Shown here piece by piece: positions 1-9,980 of a stretch of 32,000 nt of DNA. The stretch comes from Wolbachia endosymbiont of Drosophila innubila. GTDB lineage: Bacteria > Pseudomonadota > Alphaproteobacteria > Rickettsiales > Anaplasmataceae. A model generated the notes under the pieces. The model did no database searches. It was not told the DNA's origin and was given only the letters and a program-made list of their open reading frames with translations. Position numbers and translations under genes: made by a program. Numbering within the stretch: position 1 is the stretch's first letter; each line of letters begins with the position of its first letter. The stretch lies in the NCBI RefSeq assembly GCF_021378375.1, contig NZ_CP076228.1:1020001-1052000 (forward strand), in the 5' to 3' direction.

Positions 1-740
1 TCAGCAAATAAAGAGCTACTCGCAGCTATTCAAAAATATATCAAGTTTCTAAATGTAGATATGGAGCTCCTAAAATTCATGCTGAATTGAAGGCTTTGGG
101 TAAAAGTTGCAATTTGAAAACGGTGCAAAGTATTATGCAGAAAAATGACATCAGGGCTATACTGAGAAGAAAGTTTAAAATTAAAAAACAACAAACAGAT
201 AATAGAGCTGTAGCTCCCAATATACTAGATCAAAACTTTATTGTTGATCAACCAAATAAAGTATGGGATTACTTACATCAAAACCAAGGAGGGATGGCTA
301 TATTTGGCAGCAATAATTCTCACGTATGGTAGTTAATGAGTAGTGCAATAAATAAACAATTGGTTATGAACTCTTTATTAATGGCCATTAATAGGCGTAA
401 ACCTGTTAAAAATCTACTGCTGCACAGTGACCAAGGTTCACAATATACTGCGCAAGGGTATCAATATCTCTTAGCTGTAAAGAATATAGATGAGTAATAA
501 AGGCTGTTGTTACGACAATTCTGTTGCAGAAAGCTTCTTTAGCTCATTGAAAAGAGAAATACTTATTGATACTTCACAACACTCTGCTCAACAAACTAGA
601 ACTGCAATATTTGAATACATAGAAATTTTTTATAACAAACAACGTCACTATTAACTATTGCATTCCAGAACAATTTGATGCATCATTCTTTTTGTAAAAA
701 ACATTCCACACTTTCTCTCCACTTTTTCTGGGTAAGGTCA
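1..740 (+). mobile_element. IS3-family insertion sequence remnant; transposase OrfB (integrase core) pseudogene with several frameshifts/stops; 5' part lies outside the window
   Basis: Pieces in three + frames read GAPKIHAELKALGKSCNLKTVQSIMQKNDIRA...DQPNKVW, then SSAINKQLVMNSLLMAINRRKPVKNLLLHSDQGSQYTAQGYQYLL, then MSNKGCCYDNSVAESFFSSLKREI...IFEYIEIFYNKQR and YCIPEQFD. These are typical IS3 OrfB motifs (HSDxGxQY, CYDNxxxE). The segment ends ...ggtaaggtca (CA terminus) near 740. Confidence 0.8.
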
Positions 741-868
741 TATGTGTACATCCCCATCATGAATGCTATTTTCGGTAAAATCTCTTACAACGCTCAAAAG
801 CAGAAAAACAAAAACTTGATTTTCTCAGCTAAATAGTGGACCATCAAAAGCACGCATAAATATCTACA

Positions 869-3445
869 ATGAAAGAAAAAACTTTCACAATCATCGATGG
901 CTATGGTTTTCTTTTCAGAGCTTACTATGTACTACCTCACTTAATTACCACAACAGGAATGCCAATAGGTGGTGTATATGGCTTTCTGAATATGGTTCTT
1001 AAGTACATTGCCCATTCGGACTACTTAACTATAGCACTTGATGCAGGGAAAAAGAATTTTAGGCACAATTTATATCCTGAGTACAAAGCGAACAGAGTAA
1101 CGCCTCCTGAGGATCTAACTCCACAGTTCACCATACTGAGGGAAGCGGTAGAAGCTTTTAACCTCAGCTATGAAGAGATTGAAGGTTATGAAGCAGATGA
1201 TATAATTGCAACACTAGCTGCAAAATACGCCAACCACCAAGACTTTAAAGTGGTAGTCGTTTCATCAGATAAAGATTTATTTCAACTCTTGAACCACAAT
1301 ATTTTAATATTCGACCCCATTAAAAATATATATATAGATGAAAAACAAGTAATAGAAAAATTTGGCGTAAACTCACACAAGCTTCTTGATTTATTTTCTC
1401 TAACTGGTGATGCATCTGACAACATTCCAGGCGTTCCGGGAATAGGTCCGAAGACTGCAGCTAAATTACTAGATGAATTTGATTCATTGAATAATATTAT
1501 AGAGAACATTGATAACATCGAGCAAACGAGGATTCGTAATATTCTTGCTGAACATAAGGAAAAAGCGCTAATTTCAAGAGAACTTTTATCACTATGCGAA
1601 AAAGTAGACCTTCAACATGATATTGCAAAATGTGAAGTTCGCCCTCCAAAGATGGAAAAACTATTATCCTTTTTAAAGAAGTATGAATTCAATTCCTTGA
1701 TAGGGAAAGTGGAAAAGCTTTTTTCCTATAGTGGGTCTAGCACAGAAGAAAAAATAGAGTATAGTAGTGAAGAGTTAGAGAAATTTTTAGAGCATTGTAG
1801 ATATGAAGGCAAAATTGCAATTCATTACCACCTTGAAAACAATGTATTAAGTCTATCTTATAGCGAAAGTAATATTTTTTATATAGAGCAAGACAGCATA
1901 CAAGATGCACTCATTATAATTAACTTAACTTTGCTCTCAAATGGAGTGCTTAAAATAATACATAACATTAAAGAGATCAGGAAAATCTTCCCTGCAATAG
2001 AGAAGATGTTAGATTCAGTTGATGATTTGATGATAATGTCGTATAGCTTGGATACAGGAAAGCATGATCACAGTATTCCAAACATAGTTGCGCATAATTT
2101 GAGTGAAAATGCAGAAATTTTCTCGGCAAAAACTTTAATAGCAATTCATGAAAAGCTAAAGCAAAGGTTATTTCAGGAAAAATTGCTCACAATTTACGAG
2201 CGCTTCGATAAGCCACTTATGAAAGTAATATTTGATATGGAGAAAAATGGGATATTACTGAACATACAAAAATTACAGGAGCTGTCCGATAAATTTCAGC
2301 AGGTAATTGCCGTGCTTGAAGATGAGATATATAATTTGGCAGGAGAAAGATTTAATATTGCTTCGCCAAAACAATTAAGTGATGTTTTATTCAACAAAAT
2401 GGGGCTTAATAAAAAGAAAAAGTCAAAAAAATCTGGATCGTATAGCACCAATTATGAAGTTCTAGAGGCACTCGAAGAAGAAGGGGTAGAAATCGCAAGT
2501 AAAATCTTAAATTGGCGACATTTAAGTAAATTAAAAGGCACCTACACTGATGCATTAATAAAGCAAGTTGATCCACTTGATGGTAGAATACACACAAGCT
2601 TTTCAACGACTGCAACTGCAACTGGAAGGCTGAGCTCCAGCAATCCTAATTTACAGAATATTCCTATCAGAAGCGAAGAGGGAAATCTTATCAGACAAGC
2701 ATTTATTGCGCCAAAAGGGCATAAGATAATTTCTGCTGACTATTCGCAAATAGAATTAAGACTCCTGGCACACGTTGCAAACGTTGCAGCATTTAAAGAA
2801 GCTTTTGCAAACGGACAAGATATTCATGAGATCACCGCAAGGCAAGTTTTTGGAGTGCAAGAAATAGATGAGCAATTAAGACGCAAAGCAAAATCCATCA
2901 ATTTTGGAATTATATATGGCATTAGCCCATTTGGTCTTGCAAAGCGGCTTGGAATTACCATTGCGGAAGCTGCTGAATACATTAATTACTATTTTTCCTG
3001 TTACCCAGAAATAAAGGCCTATATGGAAAAAGCAGTGTCTATCGCAAGATTGCATGGTTATGTAGAAACTTTGTTTGGCAGGAGATGCTTTGTAAGAGAC
3101 ATAAACAATACAATTCCTTATATAAGACAATTTGCAGAAAGGGCAGCAATAAACGCACCACTGCAAGGAACCGCTGCTGATATAATAAAACGTGCGACAA
3201 TTCAGCTTTTTGACCAATTGAAAGTAGGTAAAATAATCCTCCAGGTTCACGATGAACTACTGGTTGAAGTAGAAGACGAAAAGGTGCAAGAAACAGCAAA
3301 ACTTATAAAAGATATAATGGAAAATGCAATAGAAATTTCTATACCACTTGAAGTAGAAATAAAAATTGGCGACAACTGGGGTCTAAATTCCCTTAATTAT
3401 GACTTAAACATCGTGAATTCTAGGAGTATAGATTATTTGAATTAA
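869..3445 (+). CDS. polA: DNA polymerase I
   Basis: 858-aa ORF. 5'-nuclease motifs GYEADDIIATLA, VSSDKDLFQL, GDASDNIPGVPGIGPKTA. Polymerase motifs A DYSQIELRLLAH, B RRKAKSINFGIIYG, C QVHDELLVE. Confidence 0.96.
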   Translation: MKEKTFTIIDGYGFLFRAYYVLPHLITTTGMPIGGVYGFLNMVLKYIAHSDYLTIALDAGKKNFRHNLYPEYKANRVTPPEDLTPQFTILREAVEAFNLSYEEIEGYEADDIIATLAAKYANHQDFKVVVVSSDKDLFQLLNHNILIFDPIKNIYIDEKQVIEKFGVNSHKLLDLFSLTGDASDNIPGVPGIGPKTAAKLLDEFDSLNNIIENIDNIEQTRIRNILAEHKEKALISRELLSLCEKVDLQHDIAKCEVRPPKMEKLLSFLKKYEFNSLIGKVEKLFSYSGSSTEEKIEYSSEELEKFLEHCRYEGKIAIHYHLENNVLSLSYSESNIFYIEQDSIQDALIIINLTLLSNGVLKIIHNIKEIRKIFPAIEKMLDSVDDLMIMSYSLDTGKHDHSIPNIVAHNLSENAEIFSAKTLIAIHEKLKQRLFQEKLLTIYERFDKPLMKVIFDMEKNGILLNIQKLQELSDKFQQVIAVLEDEIYNLAGERFNIASPKQLSDVLFNKMGLNKKKKSKKSGSYSTNYEVLEALEEEGVEIASKILNWRHLSKLKGTYTDALIKQVDPLDGRIHTSFSTTATATGRLSSSNPNLQNIPIRSEEGNLIRQAFIAPKGHKIISADYSQIELRLLAHVANVAAFKEAFANGQDIHEITARQVFGVQEIDEQLRRKAKSINFGIIYGISPFGLAKRLGITIAEAAEYINYYFSCYPEIKAYMEKAVSIARLHGYVETLFGRRCFVRDINNTIPYIRQFAERAAINAPLQGTAADIIKRATIQLFDQLKVGKIILQVHDELLVEVEDEKVQETAKLIKDIMENAIEISIPLEVEIKIGDNWGLNSLNYDLNIVNSRSIDYLN

Positions 3446-3480
3446 TATGAAAAATATGCTACAATTGAAGTATAGTAAAT

Positions 3481-4512
3481 GTGAGTAACTCAGTTATGAC
3501 AAAAATATTAACTCCACAAACAAAGAATTTGGAACCTTCAAATCAGGTAACTAACAAAGATGAGAAAATTTTTGAAAAAGAGGAACATCAGGTAATCTAT
3601 GATTACTTTGTAAAAGTATTAGAAGGTAAAGCCGAATTAAAGGAGAACAAAGAAATAACTGATTATTTTATATCAGCTTATAAGGACATACTACTTAATA
3701 ATGTCAATCCAAAAGATATAAAACCACTCAGTGAAGAGAATTTTTCTCAGTTTTTACTTTCTATGTTTAAAGAAATTAGAGAGCAAGGCTTAGCTAGAGA
3801 AGAGAAATTAAATAATGATAAAATACAACAAATAATAACCAAGTGTGTAGCTGATATACGTGGTACAGAAGCTAAAGATTCATCCATAAAGTTTGTATTG
3901 GAAATGCTGCTGCTAATTGGAGGGATCAAAATAGACCCGAAAAATATTTCTGGCTCCTTTATGGATGGGATGAAAGAAAAAATACCATTCTTAGGTAAAG
4001 ACAAGAAAGAAGAGGATGAACCACCACTCAGTGATGAAGAGATGGTAACAACGTTCTTAAGCAAGATCTTTTTTCCTGTCCTTCTTTCCACTATTCCAAT
4101 GTTAATTTTTGGTCCTACTACACTCGGAGTAGTTTTTACTGCTATCGGCACAATATTTGCCATAAAAGGAGGAGTGGAGGTTCTTTTTTCAAATAACAAA
4201 AAAGGTACTTTGTATGACCCTAGCTCACAAGATAAAGATGATACAGAAAAGAGAGCAAAACTGAATGGAAAAATTCTCGAGGGCATTGATGATATTTTAA
4301 AAACCCCAGTTACAGAAGTTGAGAAAGGCACCTCTGTTTCTGAACAAATTTCCCAAGGAAAAGAAAAGAGTGAACAACAGCCTGTTCCTGAGCAAATTTC
4401 CCAGGTAGGAAACGAAAAAAGTGAGCAGCACGATCAATCTTGGACAGGAAAGGAAAACAAACGAAGGGAAAAACCACAGAGCAGCAAAGGTAAGACTACT
4501 CAGGTTTGCTAA
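3481..4512 (+). CDS. hypothetical membrane-anchored protein; GTG start, central hydrophobic hairpin, charged repetitive C-terminus
   Basis: 343-aa ORF fills the polA-xth gap with no competing ORF of comparable quality. Hydrophobic stretch FFPVLLSTIPMLIFGPTTLGVVFTAIGTIFAI. I recognise no family motif. Confidence 0.55.
   Translation: MSNSVMTKILTPQTKNLEPSNQVTNKDEKIFEKEEHQVIYDYFVKVLEGKAELKENKEITDYFISAYKDILLNNVNPKDIKPLSEENFSQFLLSMFKEIREQGLAREEKLNNDKIQQIITKCVADIRGTEAKDSSIKFVLEMLLLIGGIKIDPKNISGSFMDGMKEKIPFLGKDKKEEDEPPLSDEEMVTTFLSKIFFPVLLSTIPMLIFGPTTLGVVFTAIGTIFAIKGGVEVLFSNNKKGTLYDPSSQDKDDTEKRAKLNGKILEGIDDILKTPVTEVEKGTSVSEQISQGKEKSEQQPVPEQISQVGNEKSEQHDQSWTGKENKRREKPQSSKGKTTQVC
4339..4434 (+). repeat. 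imperfect 48-bp tandem duplication inside the 3481..4512 CDS
   Basis: tctgaacaaatttcccaaggaaaagaaaagagtgaacaaca vs cctgagcaaatttcccaggtaggaaacgaaaaaagtgagcagca, encoding SEQISQGKEKSEQQ / PEQISQVGNEKSEQH. Confidence 0.75.
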
Positions 4513-4538
4513 AAGTGAATTGTGTAAGAGATCTGCTA

Positions 4539-5324
4539 TTATTCTATAGCACATACAACAGGAGTATGGTCAGACGGATTTTCTAGCTTACGCAATCTAT
4601 CATCTATGTAGCATGTTTCCAATTTATCTACAGCTTGTGGTGATAACAGCATATAATCTATTCGCATTCCTTGATTATTTCTGAGTGAATTGCCTTGATA
4701 ATGCCACCAAGTGAATTGTTGCAAATTTGGGTGAGATATTCTAAACGCATCTTTAAACCCAAGATTCAAGATCGCTCTTAACTTCTCACGTTCTCTTATA
4801 TGAAAGCACACTTGGCCATTCAATAAGTTTGAATCAAAAACATCAATTTCATCCGGTGCAATATTATAATCGCCAGCTATAATAGTTAACTCTTCATTCT
4901 TCAACAAAGTGCTCATCCTTTCATATAGGTTATCAAAAAACTTGAGTTTATATTCAAATGCGTGAGAGTCCGGGCTTTGACCGTTTGGCACGTATACACT
5001 TCCTACCCTTATCTTACTATTGGTATACTTTATCACGCACTCTATATAACGTGCTTCTTGATGACTTTCCACAATGTCAATTTTAAACTTCTCCAGTATC
5101 GGATATTTAGATAAAACACAAACGCCATTTCTTGCAACTTGTCCATAGATAGCATATTCATATCCTAACTTTTCTATCTCCGCATAAGGAAATTGCTCTT
5201 CCGTACATTTTATCTCTTGCAGCAAAACTATATCTATCTGACTATCAACTATAAAACTACAAAGTTGGTTAACTCTTTTACGTATGGAGTTTACATTCCA
5301 AGTTGCAATCTTTAGCATCAGCAA
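4539..5324 (-). CDS. xth: exodeoxyribonuclease III (AP endonuclease)
   Basis: 261 aa. MLKIATWNVNSIRKR, LLQEIK, GDYNIAPDEIDV, SDHTPV are ExoIII/EEP family motifs. Confidence 0.93.
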   Translation of the reverse strand: MLMLKIATWNVNSIRKRVNQLCSFIVDSQIDIVLLQEIKCTEEQFPYAEIEKLGYEYAIYGQVARNGVCVLSKYPILEKFKIDIVESHQEARYIECVIKYTNSKIRVGSVYVPNGQSPDSHAFEYKLKFFDNLYERMSTLLKNEELTIIAGDYNIAPDEIDVFDSNLLNGQVCFHIREREKLRAILNLGFKDAFRISHPNLQQFTWWHYQGNSLRNNQGMRIDYMLLSPQAVDKLETCYIDDRLRKLENPSDHTPVVCAIE

Positions 5325-6025
5325 TCCTTATTAATTATATCAATTAAACTCTCCCCAGTAGGCAACCTCGATGTTATAATTTTTTTCCACTTGATTAACT
5401 TTAAACTATCAGCAATGTTTTTACTCATGGTATATGCAACTGTATTATTCATCACATGAGATAGCCCACTTTTTAGAACTAATGAACAAAATACCCTTGC
5501 TGTCTGTGAGGAAAAAAAAGCAACACTACCAATTTTACCATCCAACAGTAAATTTTTACACCTATTAGTTAGACTCCTTTTAATGATTGTTTTATAGAGT
5601 ACAACTTCTCTTACGTTAAAATCTTCTTCAGATAATCTCTTTTTTAGGTCACATGATACTTCTTGTCCTCTTATATATAAGAACTTTATTGCACTTGAAT
5701 AGTGAGCTTTTATGAATGATATCAGACCATCAACGTTGCTGTCTGCTGAGATTATATCAGAAAATCCCAAATTTTTTGCAGCCTGCATGGTTGAATTACC
5801 AACTGTAATAATCGGAAAGTCATCCACTTTGCATATTTGACTAAAAGCCTTTACACTGTTTTTACTTGTGGATATTACAACGTCAAATTCGTGTGCAGAT
5901 ATATCAGGATTTAAGTACTTTATTGTGAATACTGGTTCTATATAAACTTTGTATCCATACTTTCTCAATATATTTCTTGTATTGAACGAATCCAATAAAG
6001 GCCTCGTTAATAAAATAGACTTCAT
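5318..6025 (-). CDS. hemD: uroporphyrinogen-III synthase-like protein
   Basis: 235 aa. N-terminal ILLTRP, two-lobed size and the SSQTARVF pattern resemble HemD. Overlaps the xth start by 7 nt (operon-like). Motif-level recognition only. Confidence 0.6.
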   Translation of the reverse strand: MKSILLTRPLLDSFNTRNILRKYGYKVYIEPVFTIKYLNPDISAHEFDVVISTSKNSVKAFSQICKVDDFPIITVGNSTMQAAKNLGFSDIISADSNVDGLISFIKAHYSSAIKFLYIRGQEVSCDLKKRLSEEDFNVREVVLYKTIIKRSLTNRCKNLLLDGKIGSVAFFSSQTARVFCSLVLKSGLSHVMNNTVAYTMSKNIADSLKLIKWKKIITSRLPTGESLIDIINKDC

Positions 6026-6278
6026 TCTGATTTATTTCACTACTAGTAAAATAGTACCCTTTATACACAAATTACTGAATAAAAACTTTTATTTTGATAG
6101 CTTGAGCAATTATTCAAGTAATTTATGTGGAAGTAGGAGTACTAAGCGCTCCTACCCCAATAAGCCCACAATTTCTGCTTACACTTTTTTGACGCTAATT
6201 ACATCGAACTCTTTTGAATGGCTTCCTTCAGTGGAATTATATAGCTAATATTCCTGTATAAGTTAAATAAGTTAATAC

Positions 6279-6776
6279 TTAAGCTTGTACTCTTGCAGTA
6301 TTTGAAGAGAGATTCTCAAGGACGTTTTTTGTCTGTGGTTCACTAATCATAGTTTGAACGATATTAGCTGCCATAATAACACAGCCTAGAATAAAAAAAG
6401 GCGTAGAAACAAAATAAATAACAGAAGACTCAAAAAGCGACATAGATGCAATACCTCCTATTAGAAATGAAGCACTGGATGCTATATCAAGATAGATCTT
6501 TGTTAACTTTTTTTGTCCTGGAGTGTTTTTTATGCCAGATTTCTTATTAAGATTCTGTTGTCGGGAATGATCATTTAGTGACCATATATTTAAAGCAAAC
6601 GAAAGTGCACTGAATATAGTGCCGGCAATACTAAAATACAGACTTAAGACAGGAATATTCAAGACCAATGCCGCTATGTATCCAATGAAAGAGATAGTAG
6701 ATAGTGTAGTAACTAAGCGTTTCGAGTAAGTTCGTACCTTCTTTCTGTAGGCTAACTTATCTTTTTCACCATACAT
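6279..6776 (-). CDS. hypothetical integral membrane protein (about 4 TM segments)
   Basis: 165-aa ORF with four long hydrophobic segments. No recognisable family. Confidence 0.55.
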   Translation of the reverse strand: MYGEKDKLAYRKKVRTYSKRLVTTLSTISFIGYIAALVLNIPVLSLYFSIAGTIFSALSFALNIWSLNDHSRQQNLNKKSGIKNTPGQKKLTKIYLDIASSASFLIGGIASMSLFESSVIYFVSTPFFILGCVIMAANIVQTMISEPQTKNVLENLSSNTARVQA

Positions 6777-6846
6777 AGCATAAATATTACCTAATATGTT
6801 ATATTATAACATTAATTAATTCAATAAGCAATATGGAAGCTAAGAG

Positions 6847-6931
6847 TGCCCGAGAGAAGACTTGAACTTCCACAACTTAAAAAGTTACTAGCACCTGAAG
6901 CTAGCGCGTCTACCAATTCCGCCACCCGGGC
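6847..6931 (-). tRNA. tRNA-Leu (anticodon CAG), class II with long variable arm, CCA not encoded
   Basis: Reverse complement GCCCGGGTGGCGGAATTGGTAGACGCGCTAGCTTCAGGTGCTAGTAACTTTTTAAGTTGTGGAAGTTCAAGTCTTCTCTCGGGCA. 7-bp acceptor stem, anticodon stem CTAGC/GCTAG with loop TTCAGGT, T-arm GGAAG-TTCAAGT-CTTCT. Confidence 0.9.
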
Positions 6932-6993
6932 TTTTTATAGTTTACTATGTTAAAGTTAAATAATATACTTAAACAATTTTTAGTTCAAAGGTA

Positions 6994-8412
6994 ATGCCAA
7001 ATCTAGATCAAATATTTTTTGCTCAAAACAATGTTAATATTAATAACGTATATAAAATAGTCAATAACGCTTTGAGCAATAGCGATGGTGGTGAGCTGTT
7101 TCTAGAATTTTGCCAGTCGGAGTCCCTGGTTTTTGAGGATAACATATTAAAACACATGGACTTGAATACTAGAAGGGGATTTGGTTTAAGGTCTTTTTGT
7201 GAAGATAGTACATCTTTCGTTTGTTCTTCTGAGATCAGCGAAAAAGAAATTAGTAATGCTGCTTCTATGGTAAAAAGCTCAGTGTCTTTAAACAAGACAA
7301 ATTCAATAAATTTAAACGAAGAGACAAAAAGCCTATATTCGAGGATTAACCCTATAAATGAAATGGATCTGAATTCAAAGATTAAGCTACTCAATGAGGT
7401 TAATGAGTATGTAAGGTCCAAAAATAACTGCGTGAAGCAAGTAAAAATAACTCTAAGTGGAGAATGGCAAGTTGTACAAATAATAAAGGGTGATCACAGA
7501 TTAAGCGATATCAGGCCTCTGGTACGTTTTAATGTGCTAGTCATTGTAGAAAAAGATGGCCGTACCGAAAGAGGTTCTGCAGGGCATGGTGGAAGGGACT
7601 CTTATAGTAAGTTTATTTCTGAGAAAAAGTGGAAAGAAGTTGCAAACCAAGCGTTAGAACAAGCACTGGTAAATCTTGAAGCAATTCCAACTCCAGCCGG
7701 AGAAATGACAGTCGTTTTAGGTCCAGGCTGGCCAGGAATATTGTTACACGAAGCCGTGGGTCATGGACTTGAGGGCGACTTCAATCGCAAAAAAGTCTCA
7801 GCATTTTCAAATTCTGTGGGTAAACAAGTAGCAGCTAGTGACATCACAGTAGTTGATGACGGAACTCTGCCCAATTTGCGCGGCTCTATCAGCGTAGACG
7901 ATGAAGGCACTCCACCCAGTTATAATATATTGATAGAGGATGGGATCCTAAAAGGATACATGCAGGATCATATGAACGCTAAACTCATGGGTGTAAGCCC
8001 AACTGGTAATGGTAGAAGAGAAAGTTATAAAGAAGTTATTATGCCGCGCATGACAAACACCTATATGTTGCCCGGAAAGTATACACCGAAGGAAATAATA
8101 TCTAGCGTAAAGAAAGGTCTATATGCAGTAAATTTTGGTGGTGGGCAGGTTGATATAACGTCAGGAAAATTTGTTTTTTCATCTTCGGAAGCTTACCTAA
8201 TAGAAAATGGCAAAATTACACAGCCAGTAAAAGGAGCAACACTAATTGGTGACGGTCCAACAGTGTTGAAAAAAGTATCTATGGTTGGTAATGACTTAAA
8301 GTTAGATCCTGGTGTTGGCACATGCTCGAAAGATGGACAAAATGTGCCCGTTGGAGTTGGTCAGCCGACACTCAAAGTCGACGCAATAACTGTTGGTGGA
8401 ACTGAGATATAG
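6994..8412 (+). CDS. tldD: TldD-family metalloprotease
   Basis: 472 aa. HEAVGHGLEGD zinc motif and C-terminal GGQVDITSGKFVF...GxGTCxKDGQ pattern typical of TldD/PmbA. Confidence 0.92.
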   Translation: MPNLDQIFFAQNNVNINNVYKIVNNALSNSDGGELFLEFCQSESLVFEDNILKHMDLNTRRGFGLRSFCEDSTSFVCSSEISEKEISNAASMVKSSVSLNKTNSINLNEETKSLYSRINPINEMDLNSKIKLLNEVNEYVRSKNNCVKQVKITLSGEWQVVQIIKGDHRLSDIRPLVRFNVLVIVEKDGRTERGSAGHGGRDSYSKFISEKKWKEVANQALEQALVNLEAIPTPAGEMTVVLGPGWPGILLHEAVGHGLEGDFNRKKVSAFSNSVGKQVAASDITVVDDGTLPNLRGSISVDDEGTPPSYNILIEDGILKGYMQDHMNAKLMGVSPTGNGRRESYKEVIMPRMTNTYMLPGKYTPKEIISSVKKGLYAVNFGGGQVDITSGKFVFSSSEAYLIENGKITQPVKGATLIGDGPTVLKKVSMVGNDLKLDPGVGTCSKDGQNVPVGVGQPTLKVDAITVGGTEI

Positions 8413-8426
8413 ATAAGGGCTAAAAC

Positions 8427-8611
8427 GGATTCCAGCGCACGGCGCACAGCTGTACAAACATTATGATTTGGAAGCAATTGCCACCAATAGGGTGTCATCC
8501 CAGTGTCTGGGCACTGCCTTTGTGTTTGAGGCAAAACTGGCTATAACATTTAACACACTGCTTTCGCAAATAAATGTTCGTACAGTTATGTGTCAGCTAC
8601 TTGGATGACAC
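8427..8611. repeat. cluster of short palindromic repeat modules (family A) downstream of tldD
   Basis: ggattccagcgcac; gctgtacaaacattatgatttggaagcaattgccaccaatagggtgtcatcccagtgtctgggcactg; inverted partner aaatgttcgtacagttatgtgtcagctacttggatgacac. The same modules recur at 13503, 15482, 16804, 17080, 20277, 25867 and 28639. Confidence 0.85.
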
Positions 8612-8698
8612 TTTTGTACTTGATGCAAGATTATATCTTGAAAAAATTAAGTTTTAATGCTATAAAATAATTGTAAATTTTGTCTCCGTGGTAGCTTT

Positions 8699-9946
8699 AT
8701 GAATGTTGAAAGTAAAAAAATACACGATGTTAAAATAAAATTACCAATATTTCTTGATTATCAATCTACTACTAAAGTAGATCCCCGTGTTTTAGAGGTG
8801 ATGATACCTTACTTTGGTGAGTTCAGCAATGCACACTCTCGCAGCCATTCATTTGGTTGGACTGCTGAAGAAGCAGTGGAAAAAGCAAGGAAACACATCG
8901 CTGATCTGGTGAACGCAGATAGCAAAGAAATTATCTTTACCTCAGGTGCAACTGAGTCAAATAATACGGCAATCAAGGGCGTTGCTCACTTTTATAAAAA
9001 TAAAGGAAATCATATAATCACTGTCTGCACGGAGCATAAGTGTGTTCTGGATTCTTGTCGGCATCTGGAAAATGAAGGCTTTAAAGTTACATATTTGCCT
9101 GTTAAGCAAAACGGAATTATAGATTTATCAAAGCTTGAGGAAGCAGTTACTGATAAAACAATTTTGATTTCAGTAATGATGGTAAATAATGAAATCGGAG
9201 TAATTCAGCCTGTAAAAGAGATTGGTAAAATATGCAGAAAGCATAATATATTTTTCCATACAGATGCAGCTCAAAGCTTTGGAAAAGTTCCAATTGATGT
9301 TAATGAGATGTGCATTGATCTTATGAGTCTCTCTAGCCACAAAATTTATGGACCTATGGGAATAGGCGCATTATATGTACGTAGAAAGAATCCTCGTGTT
9401 AGGCTGATGCCACTAATTAGTGGTGGTGGACAGGAAAGAGGCATGCGTTCTGGAACAGTTCCAACACCTCTTGCAGTTGGTTTTGGTGAAGCGGCACGTA
9501 TTGCTAGAGAAGAAATGAAAAAAGAAACAACTAGAGTGAAAGAATTAAGGGATATTTTGTATAACAAGATAAAAGAAGCGTTTCCTGATATCGTTTTAAG
9601 TGGTGATTATGAAAATAGCATTCCTGGCAACCTAAACTTGAGCTTTCCCTATGTTGAGGGTGAGTCTCTCATCATGGCAATCAAGGATTTAGCAGTAAGT
9701 TCTGGTTCTGCGTGCACGTCTGCGTCTCTTGAGCCTTCCTATGTAGTACGGTCGCTAAATAATGGCCATGACCTTGAGCATTCATCAATTAGATTTGGCC
9801 TAGGCCGATTTACAACTAGAGAAGAAGTTTTGTATGCAGCAGATCTTGTTGCTAAAAATGTTGGCCGACTGAGAGAAATGAGCCCACTTTGGGAGATGGT
9901 ACAAGAAGGAGTAGATTTGAACACCGTGAAATGGGACTCTCATTAA
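8699..9946 (+). CDS. iscS: cysteine desulfurase (IscS/NifS family)
   Basis: 415 aa. PLP-lysine motif [18 protein letters not shown] and active-site loop [16 protein letters not shown]. Confidence 0.93.
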   Translation: MNVESKKIHDVKIKLPIFLDYQSTTKVDPRVLEVMIPYFGEFSNAHSRSHSFGWTAEEAVEKARKHIADLVNADSKEIIFTSGATESNNTAIKGVAHFYKNKGNHIITVCTEHKCVLDSCRHLENEGFKVTYLPVKQNGIIDLSKLEEAVTDKTILISVMMVNNEIGVIQPVKEIGKICRKHNIFFHTDAAQSFGKVPIDVNEMCIDLMSLSSHKIYGPMGIGALYVRRKNPRVRLMPLISGGGQERGMRSGTVPTPLAVGFGEAARIAREEMKKETTRVKELRDILYNKIKEAFPDIVLSGDYENSIPGNLNLSFPYVEGESLIMAIKDLAVSSGSACTSASLEPSYVVRSLNNGHDLEHSSIRFGLGRFTTREEVLYAADLVAKNVGRLREMSPLWEMVQEGVDLNTVKWDSH

Positions 9947-9980
9947 ATGTATCCGTTCCAACTGCAAATGCACTTTGAAA

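Noticed and set aside
1282-3299. Antisense ORFs inside polA (1282..1518, 2406..2621, 2876..3250, 3039..3299). The same applies to similar ORFs inside the 3481..4512 ORF, tldD, iscS, purL, uvrA, topA and fbpB.
   Set aside because: These are shadow ORFs opposite strongly supported genes, with low-complexity or Cys/Leu/Phe-rich composition and no motifs.
6133-6155. Hairpin gtaggag-tactaagcg-ctcctac as a possible intrinsic terminator for the 6279..6776 gene
   Set aside because: There is no U-tract on the relevant (minus) strand, so it is not convincing as a Rho-independent terminator.
5949-6248. 99-aa + strand ORF across the hemD 5' end and the following spacer
   Set aside because: It overlaps the hemD start in antisense, has no RBS or motif, and has AT-rich codon composition typical of noise.
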